Below are positions 1 through 9,018 of a stretch of DNA of 64,000 bases, in pieces. The notes under the pieces were generated by a model, which was given only the letters and a program-made list of their open reading frames with translations, searched no databases and had not been told where the DNA came from. The DNA is from an uncultured Chlorobiaceae bacterium (GTDB taxonomy: Bacteria; Bacteroidota; Chlorobiia; Chlorobiales; Chlorobiaceae). The translations under genes were made by a program, and so were the position numbers. The DNA is taken from contig CAIJGA010000032.1 in the NCBI GenBank assembly GCA_903820085.1, positions 10,109 through 74,108 of the forward strand, written 5' to 3'. The first letter of the stretch is position 1. Each line of letters opens with the position of its first letter.

Positions 1-741
1 CCTTTTTCCATTCTCGATACGCCCTATGCTGATGAACTGCACCTGTTGCAGTTTGCATTGCGGCAGTGGAATACCTCTCTCCTGACCGGGTTTATTGATG
101 TTGCCCATGAGGGAAATCAATTCCCTGAGAGCTATAACGCCTCAATGCTGCTGCAGCCGGGTAATGCTCTTCCTCAGATCTATCACAAGATGCGTCTTGT
201 TCCCTTTGCCGAGCGGGTTCCCTATGTTGATACATTCCCATGGCTTGGCAATCTGACTTTTTCTCTGGCAGGTATCAAGGGATGGGGAAAAGGGCAGGAT
301 GCCTCCGTCATGGAGCTATCCTCATCAAGGAACGGCAAGGTTCTTATCGCCAATATTATCTGTTATGAATCCATTTTCCCCTCTCTTGTTTCGGAGTTTG
401 TCCGTAAAGGGGCAAGGCTGTTGACGCTGGTGACCAATGATGGCTGGTATGGAATGTCGTACGGTCCTTACCAGCATCTGGCCATTGGCAGGATGCGCTG
501 TATCGAGAACCGCCGGGCGATGGCCAGATGTGCCAATACGGGGCTCACGGTTGTTCTCGACAAGTTCGGTCGTACCATGGCTGAAGTTCCCTGGTGGCAG
601 GAGGAGACGTTGACGGCTGAAGTGCCGCTTGAAAGCGGTCTGACTCTTTATACCTCCTATCCGGACCTTTTGCCGAAAGCGGCATCGGTTCTGTCGGCGG
701 TGCTCTGTGTTTTTGCTTTTTTTAAAGGCCGTAAGCCTTGA
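1..741 (+). CDS. lnt: apolipoprotein N-acyltransferase, C-terminal CN-hydrolase part (5' end lies outside the window)
   Basis: The reading frame is open to the left window edge. The translation has NIICYESIFP (catalytic Cys context) and LVTNDGWYG motifs typical of the Lnt CN-hydrolase domain, followed by a hydrophobic C-terminal tail. Confidence 0.8.
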   Translation, partial: PFSILDTPYADELHLLQFALRQWNTSLLTGFIDVAHEGNQFPESYNASMLLQPGNALPQIYHKMRLVPFAERVPYVDTFPWLGNLTFSLAGIKGWGKGQDASVMELSSSRNGKVLIANIICYESIFPSLVSEFVRKGARLLTLVTNDGWYGMSYGPYQHLAIGRMRCIENRRAMARCANTGLTVVLDKFGRTMAEVPWWQEETLTAEVPLESGLTLYTSYPDLLPKAASVLSAVLCVFAFFKGRKP

Positions 742-1873
742 TTTTGCGGTAGAGTGTTCGTTCCGTAATCCCAAGCGCCACAGCGGTTTTCCGTTTGTTT
801 CCGTGGCATGTTTCAAGGGCGTCGGCTATGGATTTTTTTTCAATATCATCCAGAGAGCGGAGCTTTTCGGCTTGCGGGGGGTGGCCATTTTCCTCAAAGG
901 CCGGTTTCAATGCGGCAGTGATGGGCGGAAGGGTTGCCGAGGCATCGGGCAGCAGCAACGGTGTGAATGGTTTGGTTTGAACAAGATGCTGAAGCAGCAG
1001 ACGTATATCGCTCACCTCCTGCCGAAGCTGGATAAGCGTGCTGTAGATAACCTGAAGCTCGTTTTTTTCCGACTTGGCAGGATCATGCACCAGACTCTTG
1101 TACCTGTTTCTCTGAACCAGATGTTTTTCAAGAATATCCGGCGTGATATATTTTCCTTTTTCAAGCACCAGCAGGGATTCTATGAGATTTCTGAGTTCTC
1201 TGACGTTACCCGGCCATGGATAGCGCATCAGCATTTCTGTCGCATCAGGGCTGAACCCTTCAAAAACTATTTTGTGTTTCTGTTTAAACTCATGAACAAA
1301 CGTCTCGGCAAGCAGGAGGATATCGCGTTCTCTCTCTCTGAGTGGCGGGATCTGAAGCTCTACGCTACGCAGACGGTAAAAGAGATCTTCCCGAAAATTT
1401 TTCTCTGCAACAGCCTGGTACATGTTTTTGTTTGTAGCTGCGATAATCCGTGCATCAGAGTAGATGGTCTCCGATGACCCGACCCGCTGGAATTCACCGG
1501 TTTCAATAACCCGAAGAAATTTTACCTGGGTCTCAAGAGGCATTTCACCGATTTCATCAAGAAATATGGTACCCCTGTCAGCACTTTCAAAGTAACCTTT
1601 TCTGCTTTGCACCGCTCCGGTAAAGGCACCTTTTTCATGGCCGAAGAGTTCCGATTCAAGAATGCCGGAGGGAATGGCACCGCAATTGACCGGAATAAAG
1701 CTTTTATCGGCCCGCTGGCTGTTGGCATGGATAAAGCGCGCAAGCACCTCCTTGCCTGATCCGGTCTCACCGATAATCAAGACCGTAATATCGGTTTCAG
1801 CGACCTGGAGAGCAAGCTGCTTGAGTTGTGAAATCAGGACAGACTGTCCGATGATGGTATTCTCGCGTTTCAT
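722..1873 (-). CDS. sigma-54-dependent transcriptional activator (bEBP) with no N-terminal regulatory domain (PspF-like architecture)
   Basis: Walker A GETGSGKE, GAFTGA loop (EKGAFTGA), AAA+ core, and a C-terminal Fis-type HTH (KRKTAVALGITERTLYRKIK). The AAA+ domain begins about 25 aa after the start. I chose the ATG at 1873; an in-frame TTG at 1897 is the alternative. Confidence 0.85.
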   Translation of the reverse strand: MKRENTIIGQSVLISQLKQLALQVAETDITVLIIGETGSGKEVLARFIHANSQRADKSFIPVNCGAIPSGILESELFGHEKGAFTGAVQSRKGYFESADRGTIFLDEIGEMPLETQVKFLRVIETGEFQRVGSSETIYSDARIIAATNKNMYQAVAEKNFREDLFYRLRSVELQIPPLRERERDILLLAETFVHEFKQKHKIVFEGFSPDATEMLMRYPWPGNVRELRNLIESLLVLEKGKYITPDILEKHLVQRNRYKSLVHDPAKSEKNELQVIYSTLIQLRQEVSDIRLLLQHLVQTKPFTPLLLPDASATLPPITAALKPAFEENGHPPQAEKLRSLDDIEKKSIADALETCHGNKRKTAVALGITERTLYRKIKAYGL

Positions 1874-1893
1874 CAATTTTTTTTGCCTTATGT

Positions 1894-2607
1894 TCAACGC
1901 TGCGCCTCATTTGCCGGAACAATAATTGCGGTGAACGGCAATTTTTTCACCATATCCCCAGCTTCTTCTCTTGACGCATAGTTTTCTTTCAGCAGCACTT
2001 TATAGAGCTCACCCTGCTGAATGGTTTGTGCTGGTTCGTAAACGGAGATTTTGCTGGCAAGTGCATCAGCAGACTCTTTGTTTGCAAAACTTCCGAACTG
2101 CAAGCTAAAGCTGCCTTTACGAACCATGGTTGCTTGCTGTTTGGATCTTTCGGGCAACGGCGCCGGGAGATGTAAGGTATTCTGCCTTGTGGTGTCCGGT
2201 ATCACTGCCAGACTTGGTTTCACTGGAGGCAGGGGTCGCGAAAGTTTCGGAAGCGGAGACGTACTGTTGAGCGCCAGGTTGTAGGCGGAGATTCGTGCGG
2301 CGCTGAGATGATCCAGCAGAGGATCGGGATAATCTCTCAACTGTTTCTTGAAGAGCTCTATTGCCTGCGGTCCGCTTTCACAAAGGAGGGCATCAACCAC
2401 GATTTTTTCAGAAGGTCGGGTGATGTTTTGCTGGATATTTTCTAACAAATAAACCTTATCTTCATTAACACATTGCTGTATTATTGGTGCATATGAGTGT
2501 TCTTCAGCGCTATGCAGTACGGGTGCCGATACCACCCCAACGGAAAGTGCAAAAAGCAGAGATGCAACGCTTTTGCGAAGGCGGGATAACCTCTTTTCAG
2601 AAAGCAT
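1894..2607 (-). CDS. SPOR domain-containing exported protein
   Basis: N-terminal signal-like hydrophobic segment, a Pro-rich linker, and a C-terminal SPOR-like segment (FSLQFGSFANKESADALASKI...YKVLL...REEA). Confidence 0.6.
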   Translation of the reverse strand: MLSEKRLSRLRKSVASLLFALSVGVVSAPVLHSAEEHSYAPIIQQCVNEDKVYLLENIQQNITRPSEKIVVDALLCESGPQAIELFKKQLRDYPDPLLDHLSAARISAYNLALNSTSPLPKLSRPLPPVKPSLAVIPDTTRQNTLHLPAPLPERSKQQATMVRKGSFSLQFGSFANKESADALASKISVYEPAQTIQQGELYKVLLKENYASREEAGDMVKKLPFTAIIVPANEAQR

Positions 2608-2703
2608 ATTGATTTTGCAGTTTATTCAAGTTCAGCATTTTACTGCGGCATGTTGTCTTCTTTGAATATGCCAAATTTTTTTCTATAAAATCAATTGCAT
2701 TCC

Positions 2704-3567
2704 ATGCTTCCGTTCACGGTCAAAGCCTTTGCAAAAATTAATCTTGGCCTTCTTCTCACCGGTAAACGCCATGACGGGTATCATACCCTTGAGACCATCT
2801 TTGCCCCGATTAAATGGTATGACACCATCGAATTTACCGGCTCTGACCATATTTCGATGAGTTGCTCCAATATTGATCTTCCGGTTGACGACAACAATCT
2901 CTGTATAAGGGCAGCCAGATCATTGCAGCAGTTTGCCGGAACCAGAAAGGGTGTGGCCATGAAGCTGCAAAAACAGGTGCCTTTTGGTGCAGGGCTTGGA
3001 GGCGGAAGCAGTGATGCAGCGACCGTACTGAGGGTGCTGAATGAGCGCTGGCAGGTCAATGTCTCTCCAGTAGAACTGCACGCTCTCGCGGTGAAACTCG
3101 GTGCTGATGTGCCCTATTTTCTGAGCATGAAAGGGCTTGCCTATGCACAAGGAATCGGGGATGAACTTGATGACCTTGGCCTGACTCTCCCTTATTATAT
3201 CGTGACCGTATTTCCTGAAGAGCACATTGCAACCGCCTGGGCATACAGGAATTTTTACCCGCGATTTGATCGCCAATTGCCCGATTTGAAAAAACTGGTA
3301 TCAGAACTTTGCCTTGTCGGCAAAAAGGAGGGATTATCGGCTTTTGAAAATGATTTCGAGCTTGCTGTGTTTGATCATTTTCCAGCCGTTCGCCACGTCA
3401 AATTAAGCCTGCTTGAAGCGGGGTGTGTTTTTGCATCTCTTTCAGGAAGTGGCTCTGCTGTTTTCGCTCTTTTCCAGCAGGAAGAGCAGGCATTGGCAGC
3501 CATGAAGCGACTGCCTGAAGCCTACCGAAAAAACTTGACCCCACCTGATTTTTCGATGGAGCACTGA
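2704..3567 (+). CDS. ispE: 4-(cytidine 5'-diphospho)-2-C-methyl-D-erythritol kinase
   Basis: KINLGLLLTGKRHDGYHTLETIF N-terminus and the GHMP kinase motif PFGAGLGGGSSDAA. ATG at 2704; the ORF track starts at a TTG at 2695. Confidence 0.9.
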   Translation: MLPFTVKAFAKINLGLLLTGKRHDGYHTLETIFAPIKWYDTIEFTGSDHISMSCSNIDLPVDDNNLCIRAARSLQQFAGTRKGVAMKLQKQVPFGAGLGGGSSDAATVLRVLNERWQVNVSPVELHALAVKLGADVPYFLSMKGLAYAQGIGDELDDLGLTLPYYIVTVFPEEHIATAWAYRNFYPRFDRQLPDLKKLVSELCLVGKKEGLSAFENDFELAVFDHFPAVRHVKLSLLEAGCVFASLSGSGSAVFALFQQEEQALAAMKRLPEAYRKNLTPPDFSMEH

Positions 3568-3707
3568 ATCATCAGTGGGGTCTTGATTTGCCTAAAATTC
3601 CAACTACCTCAAGCAGGTAACAATAATTAATCATCTTTGTTCTTATTGATCGCTTAAGATTGCTGGAATTTTCTTGAAGAAGTAAATAAGTAACAGGAGT
3701 TCCCTAT

Positions 3708-4013
3708 TTATTCTGGTATCCTGTATAATTCAACACTTTCACCTGCACTTTCAATTGCCTTAACCCATTGTGGTTTTGGTCCTCTGCCTACCCAGTATTC
3801 ATTCTCACTCTTCCTGTACTTGATTGGAGATGGGCTTCTTGGTGCAGACTTTACAGCCTTGCCTTTTCTCTCAAGTTCCTCCAATGAGATATTATAAGCA
3901 GTTAACTTTGCTTTGATATCATCAATAACAGCTTTGCGCTCAAGGTTGATAATATCCTGAGCCTGTTTCTGAAGTTCAGCTATCTGAGTCTGAATTTCTG
4001 TAAGTGTTGACAT
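3708..4013 (-). CDS. H-NS family nucleoid-associated DNA-binding protein
   Basis: 101 aa with an N-terminal coiled-coil (IAELQKQAQDI...) and a C-terminal H-NS-type motif YWVGRGPKPQWV. Sits in strongly AT-rich DNA. Confidence 0.7.
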   Translation of the reverse strand: MSTLTEIQTQIAELQKQAQDIINLERKAVIDDIKAKLTAYNISLEELERKGKAVKSAPRSPSPIKYRKSENEYWVGRGPKPQWVKAIESAGESVELYRIPE

Positions 4014-4237
4014 GAGTAATTCCTGATAATTGAAATGATGTTACAAAACGAAACCTTACTAAAGTAAAATATCTTTTGATTTATTCCAATGCAAAAATAC
4101 GGTTTAGACTTAAATGCTTTTGTCAGGTACTCTGAAATTAATATTGCAAGATTAAAAAAATAGTCATGCCGTTAAAACTGCTCAAATATCTAATTGGTTT
4201 CAATGATTATGAAATGCTGGATTTTATGGTTTAAATT

Positions 4238-4717
4238 CTAAAAAGCCCGTATAGCCCTGACGCGATAGGCATATCCCGGCTTGCCGTGATCCCACTGGCT
4301 TCCGTCACGAAAAGCCTGAAGCCATGCGATATCGGCATTGCTTGGTGTCGAACTCCAGTAGGTATCAACCAAAAAACCGCCAACAATATTTCTTTTGAGA
4401 TAAAGTTTGTTCAGTTCGCTTTTGCTTGGCAAGTACCAGTCGGTATACCCATTTTCATTGAGGGCGTTACATTCTGCTTTGGCATCTTCCCATTTAAAAT
4501 ACCCTTCAGGATACTCTTCAGAGTGACCCGCCATATCCGCTCTGGATGCAATCAAGCCGTGCTCTCCTGTTTTATCAACAAAAAAAACAATTCCCCCGCC
4601 ATAATTTTCGCCAATAGTAACCGCTGACGATACTGCCGAAACCGTAACCATACTTAACCCGGCTAACAGCAAGATCATCCATAACCGGGCAATGCCTGTT
4701 TTTGCACAAAGTTTCAT
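4238..4717 (-). CDS. secreted DUF1566 (Lcl C-terminal-like) domain protein
   Basis: Signal peptide plus the GYTDWYLPSKSELNKLY and YWSST motifs characteristic of DUF1566. Confidence 0.65.
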   Translation of the reverse strand: MKLCAKTGIARLWMILLLAGLSMVTVSAVSSAVTIGENYGGGIVFFVDKTGEHGLIASRADMAGHSEEYPEGYFKWEDAKAECNALNENGYTDWYLPSKSELNKLYLKRNIVGGFLVDTYWSSTPSNADIAWLQAFRDGSQWDHGKPGYAYRVRAIRAF

Positions 4718-5040
4718 GATGTTTTTCGTTAAGGTTCATGTTTTGATTGTTCACGATGCATCCGGAAACAGCGTATAAAGATGCAAATTAAAAGAATCAT
4801 TATGGATAATTGATGGCATATGAGTCAGAACTGTCGGGTTTTGCAATACGCAATTATTCAATACTCGTTGCAGACAAATGCAATTCTTTCTGCAAAACAA
4901 AACAGTTTGAGATTAGTAAAGTGTTTTTTGGATAATAAGTTTCACTTAGTTAGTATTTTTAGCTCTGACTGATCAGTCTGGAATATAATTGCTCCCATGG
5001 TATCGGCTATTTCTATAACAACCCTGCTACCGTAGACGTC

Positions 5041-5901
5041 TCATAACCGGCGTCCTTGGCCGATGATTTCGCTGAGCTCAGCGCTGATAAGGCGGAGATC
5101 TTCGTCAAGAAAATGGGAAGAGTGCAGACGGGCTCGTTTGACCTCCGTAACGTCAACCTCCGCATCCATAACATGCTGCTTGAAAAGGGGAGCGGCGCAG
5201 AGTACAGTGCCGTCCGGCCCGGTCAGCGATGAGTTGCCCCAGTAGGTGAAGCTGTCTTCATTGCCGACGCGGTTGACGCAGGCAACATAGCTGCTGAAGA
5301 GAAAGGAGTAGGTCGAGGCAATGGTCTGCCACTGGGTTACAATTGCCGGGTTCCCGATTCCGGGCGACATGCGCAGGGGGCTCGACATCAGCACAAAGAG
5401 CAATTTTGCTCCCTGATGGGCAAGCAGGTAGGGTACCGATACATGCCAGAAATCTTCGCAGATGGCTACGCCGATTCTGCCAAGCCTTTTTGAGGTGACC
5501 GCCTTGATCTGCTGTCCGGCGGAAAAATAGCGCAGCTCTTCAAACATGCCGTAGGTCGGCAGGTAGATTTTGCGGTGGACAGTTTTTCCAACTCCTTCTT
5601 CAAACATCAATGCCGAGTTATAGACACCGTAGTCGTTGCTCAGCTCAATCCCCCCGCAGATGATGCAGATCTTCCGGCTGAGTTCACGCAGGGGGGCAAA
5701 CCGGGTATCTTCGATATGCATCGCGATATCCTGTGCGGCATCCTGAACATTGTATCCCGTGAGTGAGAGCTCGGGGAAGGCTATGGCATCAGCCCCGTCC
5801 CGGATAGCCTCTTCAGTCAGGGTGCAGTGTTGTGCAAGATTTTCATCGAAATTTGCCAGCGTACAGTCAATCTGGGCTATCCGTAGTTTCGCGTTCAGCA
5901 T
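5041..5901 (-). CDS. carbon-nitrogen hydrolase (nitrilase superfamily) protein
   Basis: FPELSLTGY (Glu), HRKIYLP (Lys) and VAICEDFW (Cys) give the CN-hydrolase E-K-C triad. I chose the ATG at 5901; it lies 13 nt after the upstream gene's stop and is preceded by AAAGG. Confidence 0.8.
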   Translation of the reverse strand: MLNAKLRIAQIDCTLANFDENLAQHCTLTEEAIRDGADAIAFPELSLTGYNVQDAAQDIAMHIEDTRFAPLRELSRKICIICGGIELSNDYGVYNSALMFEEGVGKTVHRKIYLPTYGMFEELRYFSAGQQIKAVTSKRLGRIGVAICEDFWHVSVPYLLAHQGAKLLFVLMSSPLRMSPGIGNPAIVTQWQTIASTYSFLFSSYVACVNRVGNEDSFTYWGNSSLTGPDGTVLCAAPLFKQHVMDAEVDVTEVKRARLHSSHFLDEDLRLISAELSEIIGQGRRL

Positions 5902-5914
5902 CCTTTTTCGGGGT

Positions 5915-7228
5915 TTAATGGTAAGGGTAGAAAAGATAGAAGGTAAAAGAGAGCGCAGCAAGAATCCACATGCCACCGCGTACCTCCCTGACCCTTCCGG
6001 TGAAGAGTTTCAGGAGAACATAGGCAACAAATCCGGCGGTCATCCCGACGCCGATATTGAAGGTAAAAATCATCAGTGCGATTGTCAGAAATGCAGGGAG
6101 GAGCTCGCTGTAGTCGGCAAAATCCATTTTCGTGATGGATTGGAGCATGAACATGCCTACAATAACCAATGCCGGTCCGTAGGCGTAGGACGGCACAATG
6201 GTGAGAACAGGTGAAAAAAAGAGGGCAAGGGCAAAAAGAGCTGCCACAACAATCGCAGTAAATCCAGTTTTTCCTCCCTGTTCAATTCCGGCGGCTGATT
6301 CGATATAGACTCCCGCTGTAGTGGTTCCGAAAAGCGAAGCGGCGATAGTAGAGAGTGCATCGACCAGCATCGGTTTTTCAATCTCCGGCAGATTGTCTTT
6401 GTCGTCGAGCAGGTTGGCTCTCGACGACAAACCGAAAAGGGTGCCCATGGTATCCACAAAATCCATCACCAGTACACTGACGATGACGCTGGCAAATCCC
6501 CAGGTCAATGCCCCCTGCACGTCGATTTTCATGAAGATCGGCTCGATAGAGGGCGGCATGCTGAACGCCGTTGCAGGAAGGGGAACCAGACCGGTCAGGA
6601 GAAATGCAACCGTCGTAACGGCCATTCCGGCAAGAATTGCTCCGGTTACCCGCTGGATGAGAAGGACGGCGGTAATGAGCAGTCCGCCAAGGCTCAGAAG
6701 GACCGGGAGTTGTGCGATATTGGCCAGTTGAACCGGTGCACCGGGCACACCGATTGTTACGATACCCATGTCGCCGAGGCCGAGAAAAGCAAGAAAAAGA
6801 CCGATCCCGCCAGAAAAACTGTGCTTGAGCGAGGATGGGATTGCCTCAGACAGCCACCTGCGCAGTCCCCCGATGGTAATGAGAGTGAACAGAATCCCGC
6901 TGATAAAGATGGCCGCCATTGCTGTCTGCCATGAGTAGCCAAGCGTCTGGACAACAGTATAGGCAATAAAGGCATTCTCACCCATGTAAGGTGCTACGGC
7001 AAAAGGACGCTTGGCATAGAGCCCCATTAACAGGGTTCCGAAGATGGAGGTGAGAATGGTTGCCGTCATTGAGGCTCCCTTCGGGATGCCTGCTGCTGCA
7101 AGGATTGCTGGATTGACAATAATAATATAGGAGAGCGTGAAGAAGGTCGTGATGCCGGCGAGCGTCTCCTGTCGGTAACTGGTGCCGTGCCTGTCGAAAT
7201 GGAAGTATGAACGTATCGTCATGGTCAT
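5915..7228 (-). CDS. NCS2 family permease (adenine/guanine/hypoxanthine-type purine permease)
   Basis: Polytopic membrane protein with an N-terminus (FHFDRHGTSYRQETLAGITTFFTLSYIIIVNP) typical of AzgA/PbuG-like permeases. Start is uncertain (ATG at 7228 or 7222; the ORF track gives a TTG at 7297). Confidence 0.85.
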   Translation of the reverse strand: MTMTIRSYFHFDRHGTSYRQETLAGITTFFTLSYIIIVNPAILAAAGIPKGASMTATILTSIFGTLLMGLYAKRPFAVAPYMGENAFIAYTVVQTLGYSWQTAMAAIFISGILFTLITIGGLRRWLSEAIPSSLKHSFSGGIGLFLAFLGLGDMGIVTIGVPGAPVQLANIAQLPVLLSLGGLLITAVLLIQRVTGAILAGMAVTTVAFLLTGLVPLPATAFSMPPSIEPIFMKIDVQGALTWGFASVIVSVLVMDFVDTMGTLFGLSSRANLLDDKDNLPEIEKPMLVDALSTIAASLFGTTTAGVYIESAAGIEQGGKTGFTAIVVAALFALALFFSPVLTIVPSYAYGPALVIVGMFMLQSITKMDFADYSELLPAFLTIALMIFTFNIGVGMTAGFVAYVLLKLFTGRVREVRGGMWILAALSFTFYLFYPYH

Positions 7229-7544
7229 GTATCGGGAAGAGGTTTTTGATTGCAAGATAAGCATAAAGCGTGAAAATGGTGAAGCATAAACAGGCAAAGG
7301 CTTGGGGGGGATGACTTCGGTGAACGGACAATGCTGATTGTTTTTGATGGCATTTTTCGCGTATTTATGCGGCCGATTGTATAAATTTAATCGTAGTTGG
7401 TTTGTTCAGGTCTTTCGGGCAGCGATTTGGAGTTGCCATACTATAACTGGCTCCTTTAAAACATGAAAAAGGTGGGTTTGTATGGCCGAAGTATCACCTT
7501 GCCCTATTGGTAAAACTGATTTTAGCTAACTGTCAGGAGCATTC

Positions 7545-8156
7545 ATGGAGACCGTTGATCTCAAGAAAGAGCTGAAGCATCTCTATAATTCTTCAACCAA
7601 AGAGGTTACCGAGGTTGATGTTCCCGCCATGAATTTCCTGACGGTGGACGGTGAGGGTGATCCCAATACCTCACAGGCCTATGCTGATGCTGTCGAAGTC
7701 CTCTTCATAGTTTCCTATACAGTGAAGTTCATGGTCAAAAAGGGGGAGTTAGCAATTGATTACGGTGTTATGCCTCTTGAAGGGCTATGGTGGGCAGATG
7801 ATATGGCCCGGTTTTCTCATGACGATAAATCCAGTTGGAAGTGGAAGGCGATGATCATGCAGCCCTCGTTTGTTACTCCTGACCTTATCGAAAAGGCTCT
7901 TGCCGAGGTAAAAAAGAAGAAAGATCCTGCCGCTATTTCAAGGGTAGAGTTTACATCATGGCCGGAAGGGATGTGTGCGCAAATCATGCATATCGGGCCG
8001 TTCTCCGAAGAGGGGCCGACGATTGATAAGCTTCACCGGTTCATTAATGCCTGCAACCGCCAGCGAACAGGGAAGCATCACGAAATTTATCTGAGCGACA
8101 TCCGAAAAGCTGACCCCAAAAAATGGAAAACCATTATTCGCCAACCGATGGAGTGA
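7545..8156 (+). CDS. GyrI-like small-molecule-binding domain protein
   Basis: 203 aa. The pattern KELKHLY...VDVPAMNFLTVDGEGDP...DYGVMPLEGLWW...HIGPFSEEGPT is typical of this family. Confidence 0.6.
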   Translation: METVDLKKELKHLYNSSTKEVTEVDVPAMNFLTVDGEGDPNTSQAYADAVEVLFIVSYTVKFMVKKGELAIDYGVMPLEGLWWADDMARFSHDDKSSWKWKAMIMQPSFVTPDLIEKALAEVKKKKDPAAISRVEFTSWPEGMCAQIMHIGPFSEEGPTIDKLHRFINACNRQRTGKHHEIYLSDIRKADPKKWKTIIRQPME

Positions 8157-8230
8157 CGGTGCTGTTCTGCTGCCAAATGCAGGGTTAAACAGATTGCCAA
8201 AGAATCTCTTTACAGAGACTGTTTTTAATG

Positions 8231-8259
8231 TTGGAAAAAATCAGAAAATACTTTATAAT
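8231..8259 (+). promoter_or_regulatory. candidate sigma-70-type promoter of the peroxiredoxin gene
   Basis: TTGGAA (8231-8236), a 17-nt spacer, then TATAAT (8254-8259), about 60 nt upstream of the ATG at 8320. Confidence 0.35.
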
Positions 8260-8319
8260 GGATAAAATTGATCCTGTTTAAACTTTATCTCGTAACTTTA
8301 ACTAGAAAAAGGAAATATC

Positions 8320-8910
8320 ATGAGTGTGCTTGTCGGCCGTAAGGCGCCTGATTTTGATGTCGCAGCCGTTGTCAATGGCTCGGAGTTTGTTGATTCAGTA
8401 AAACTTTCTGATTTCAAGGGCAAGTATGTGGTGCTCTTCTTTTATCCTCTTGATTTCACTTTTGTCTGTCCGACAGAGTTGCACGCCTTTCAGGAGAAGC
8501 TTCAGGAGTTCCGTGAGCGAAATGTTGAGCTGATAGGCTGTTCGGTGGATTCCAAGTTTTCCCATTATGCCTGGCTTAACACCCCGAGAACCCAGGGTGG
8601 TATCAAGGGCGTTACCTATACGTTGCTTTCGGATCTGAACAAGACCGTTTCTGCCGATTATGATGTGCTGCTTGAAGGCGCGGGGATTGCACTCAGAGGC
8701 CTCTTCCTGATTGACAAGGAGGGTGTTGTTCAGCATCAGGTGGTTAACCATCTTGCTCTTGGCCGTAATATTGATGAGGTGCTTCGGTTGGTTGATGCGC
8801 TTCAGTTTACCGAAGAGTATGGAGAGGTCTGCCCGGCTAACTGGAACAAGGGTGACAAGACGATGGCACCGACTCAAGAGGGTTTGATAGAATTTTTTGA
8901 AGAGACCTAA
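8320..8910 (+). CDS. typical 2-Cys peroxiredoxin (AhpC/Tsa family)
   Basis: DFTFVCPTE peroxidatic Cys motif and a C-terminal EVCPANW resolving Cys. Confidence 0.9.
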   Translation: MSVLVGRKAPDFDVAAVVNGSEFVDSVKLSDFKGKYVVLFFYPLDFTFVCPTELHAFQEKLQEFRERNVELIGCSVDSKFSHYAWLNTPRTQGGIKGVTYTLLSDLNKTVSADYDVLLEGAGIALRGLFLIDKEGVVQHQVVNHLALGRNIDEVLRLVDALQFTEEYGEVCPANWNKGDKTMAPTQEGLIEFFEET

Positions 8911-9018
8911 TCGCATTTGCCAACGATATGCCGCCGCTTCAAGGCTCGAAGCAACGGTATCTATAGTTTATCACTGCTATCCCCGCCTTTTTTGGAAGAG
9001 CGGGGGTATGCAACTCAA

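Noticed and set aside
707-1477. 256-aa ORF on the plus strand
   Set aside because: It is entirely antisense to the well-supported sigma-54 activator gene, and its translation has no recognisable motifs. This is a typical shadow ORF.
1675-1689. TGGCAC-N5-TTGA, resembling a sigma-54 -24/-12 promoter
   Set aside because: It lies inside the activator's own coding region on the antisense strand, the -12 element is TTGA rather than TTGC, and there is no downstream gene to drive.
7298-7544. Possible purine riboswitch in the 5' region of the NCS2 permease
   Set aside because: Reading the reverse complement, I could not place the conserved purine-riboswitch elements (UAUAAU...GGAUAUGG...UUUCUACC...CCGUAAAU...GACUAUG). 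Only a fortuitous UAUGG is present.
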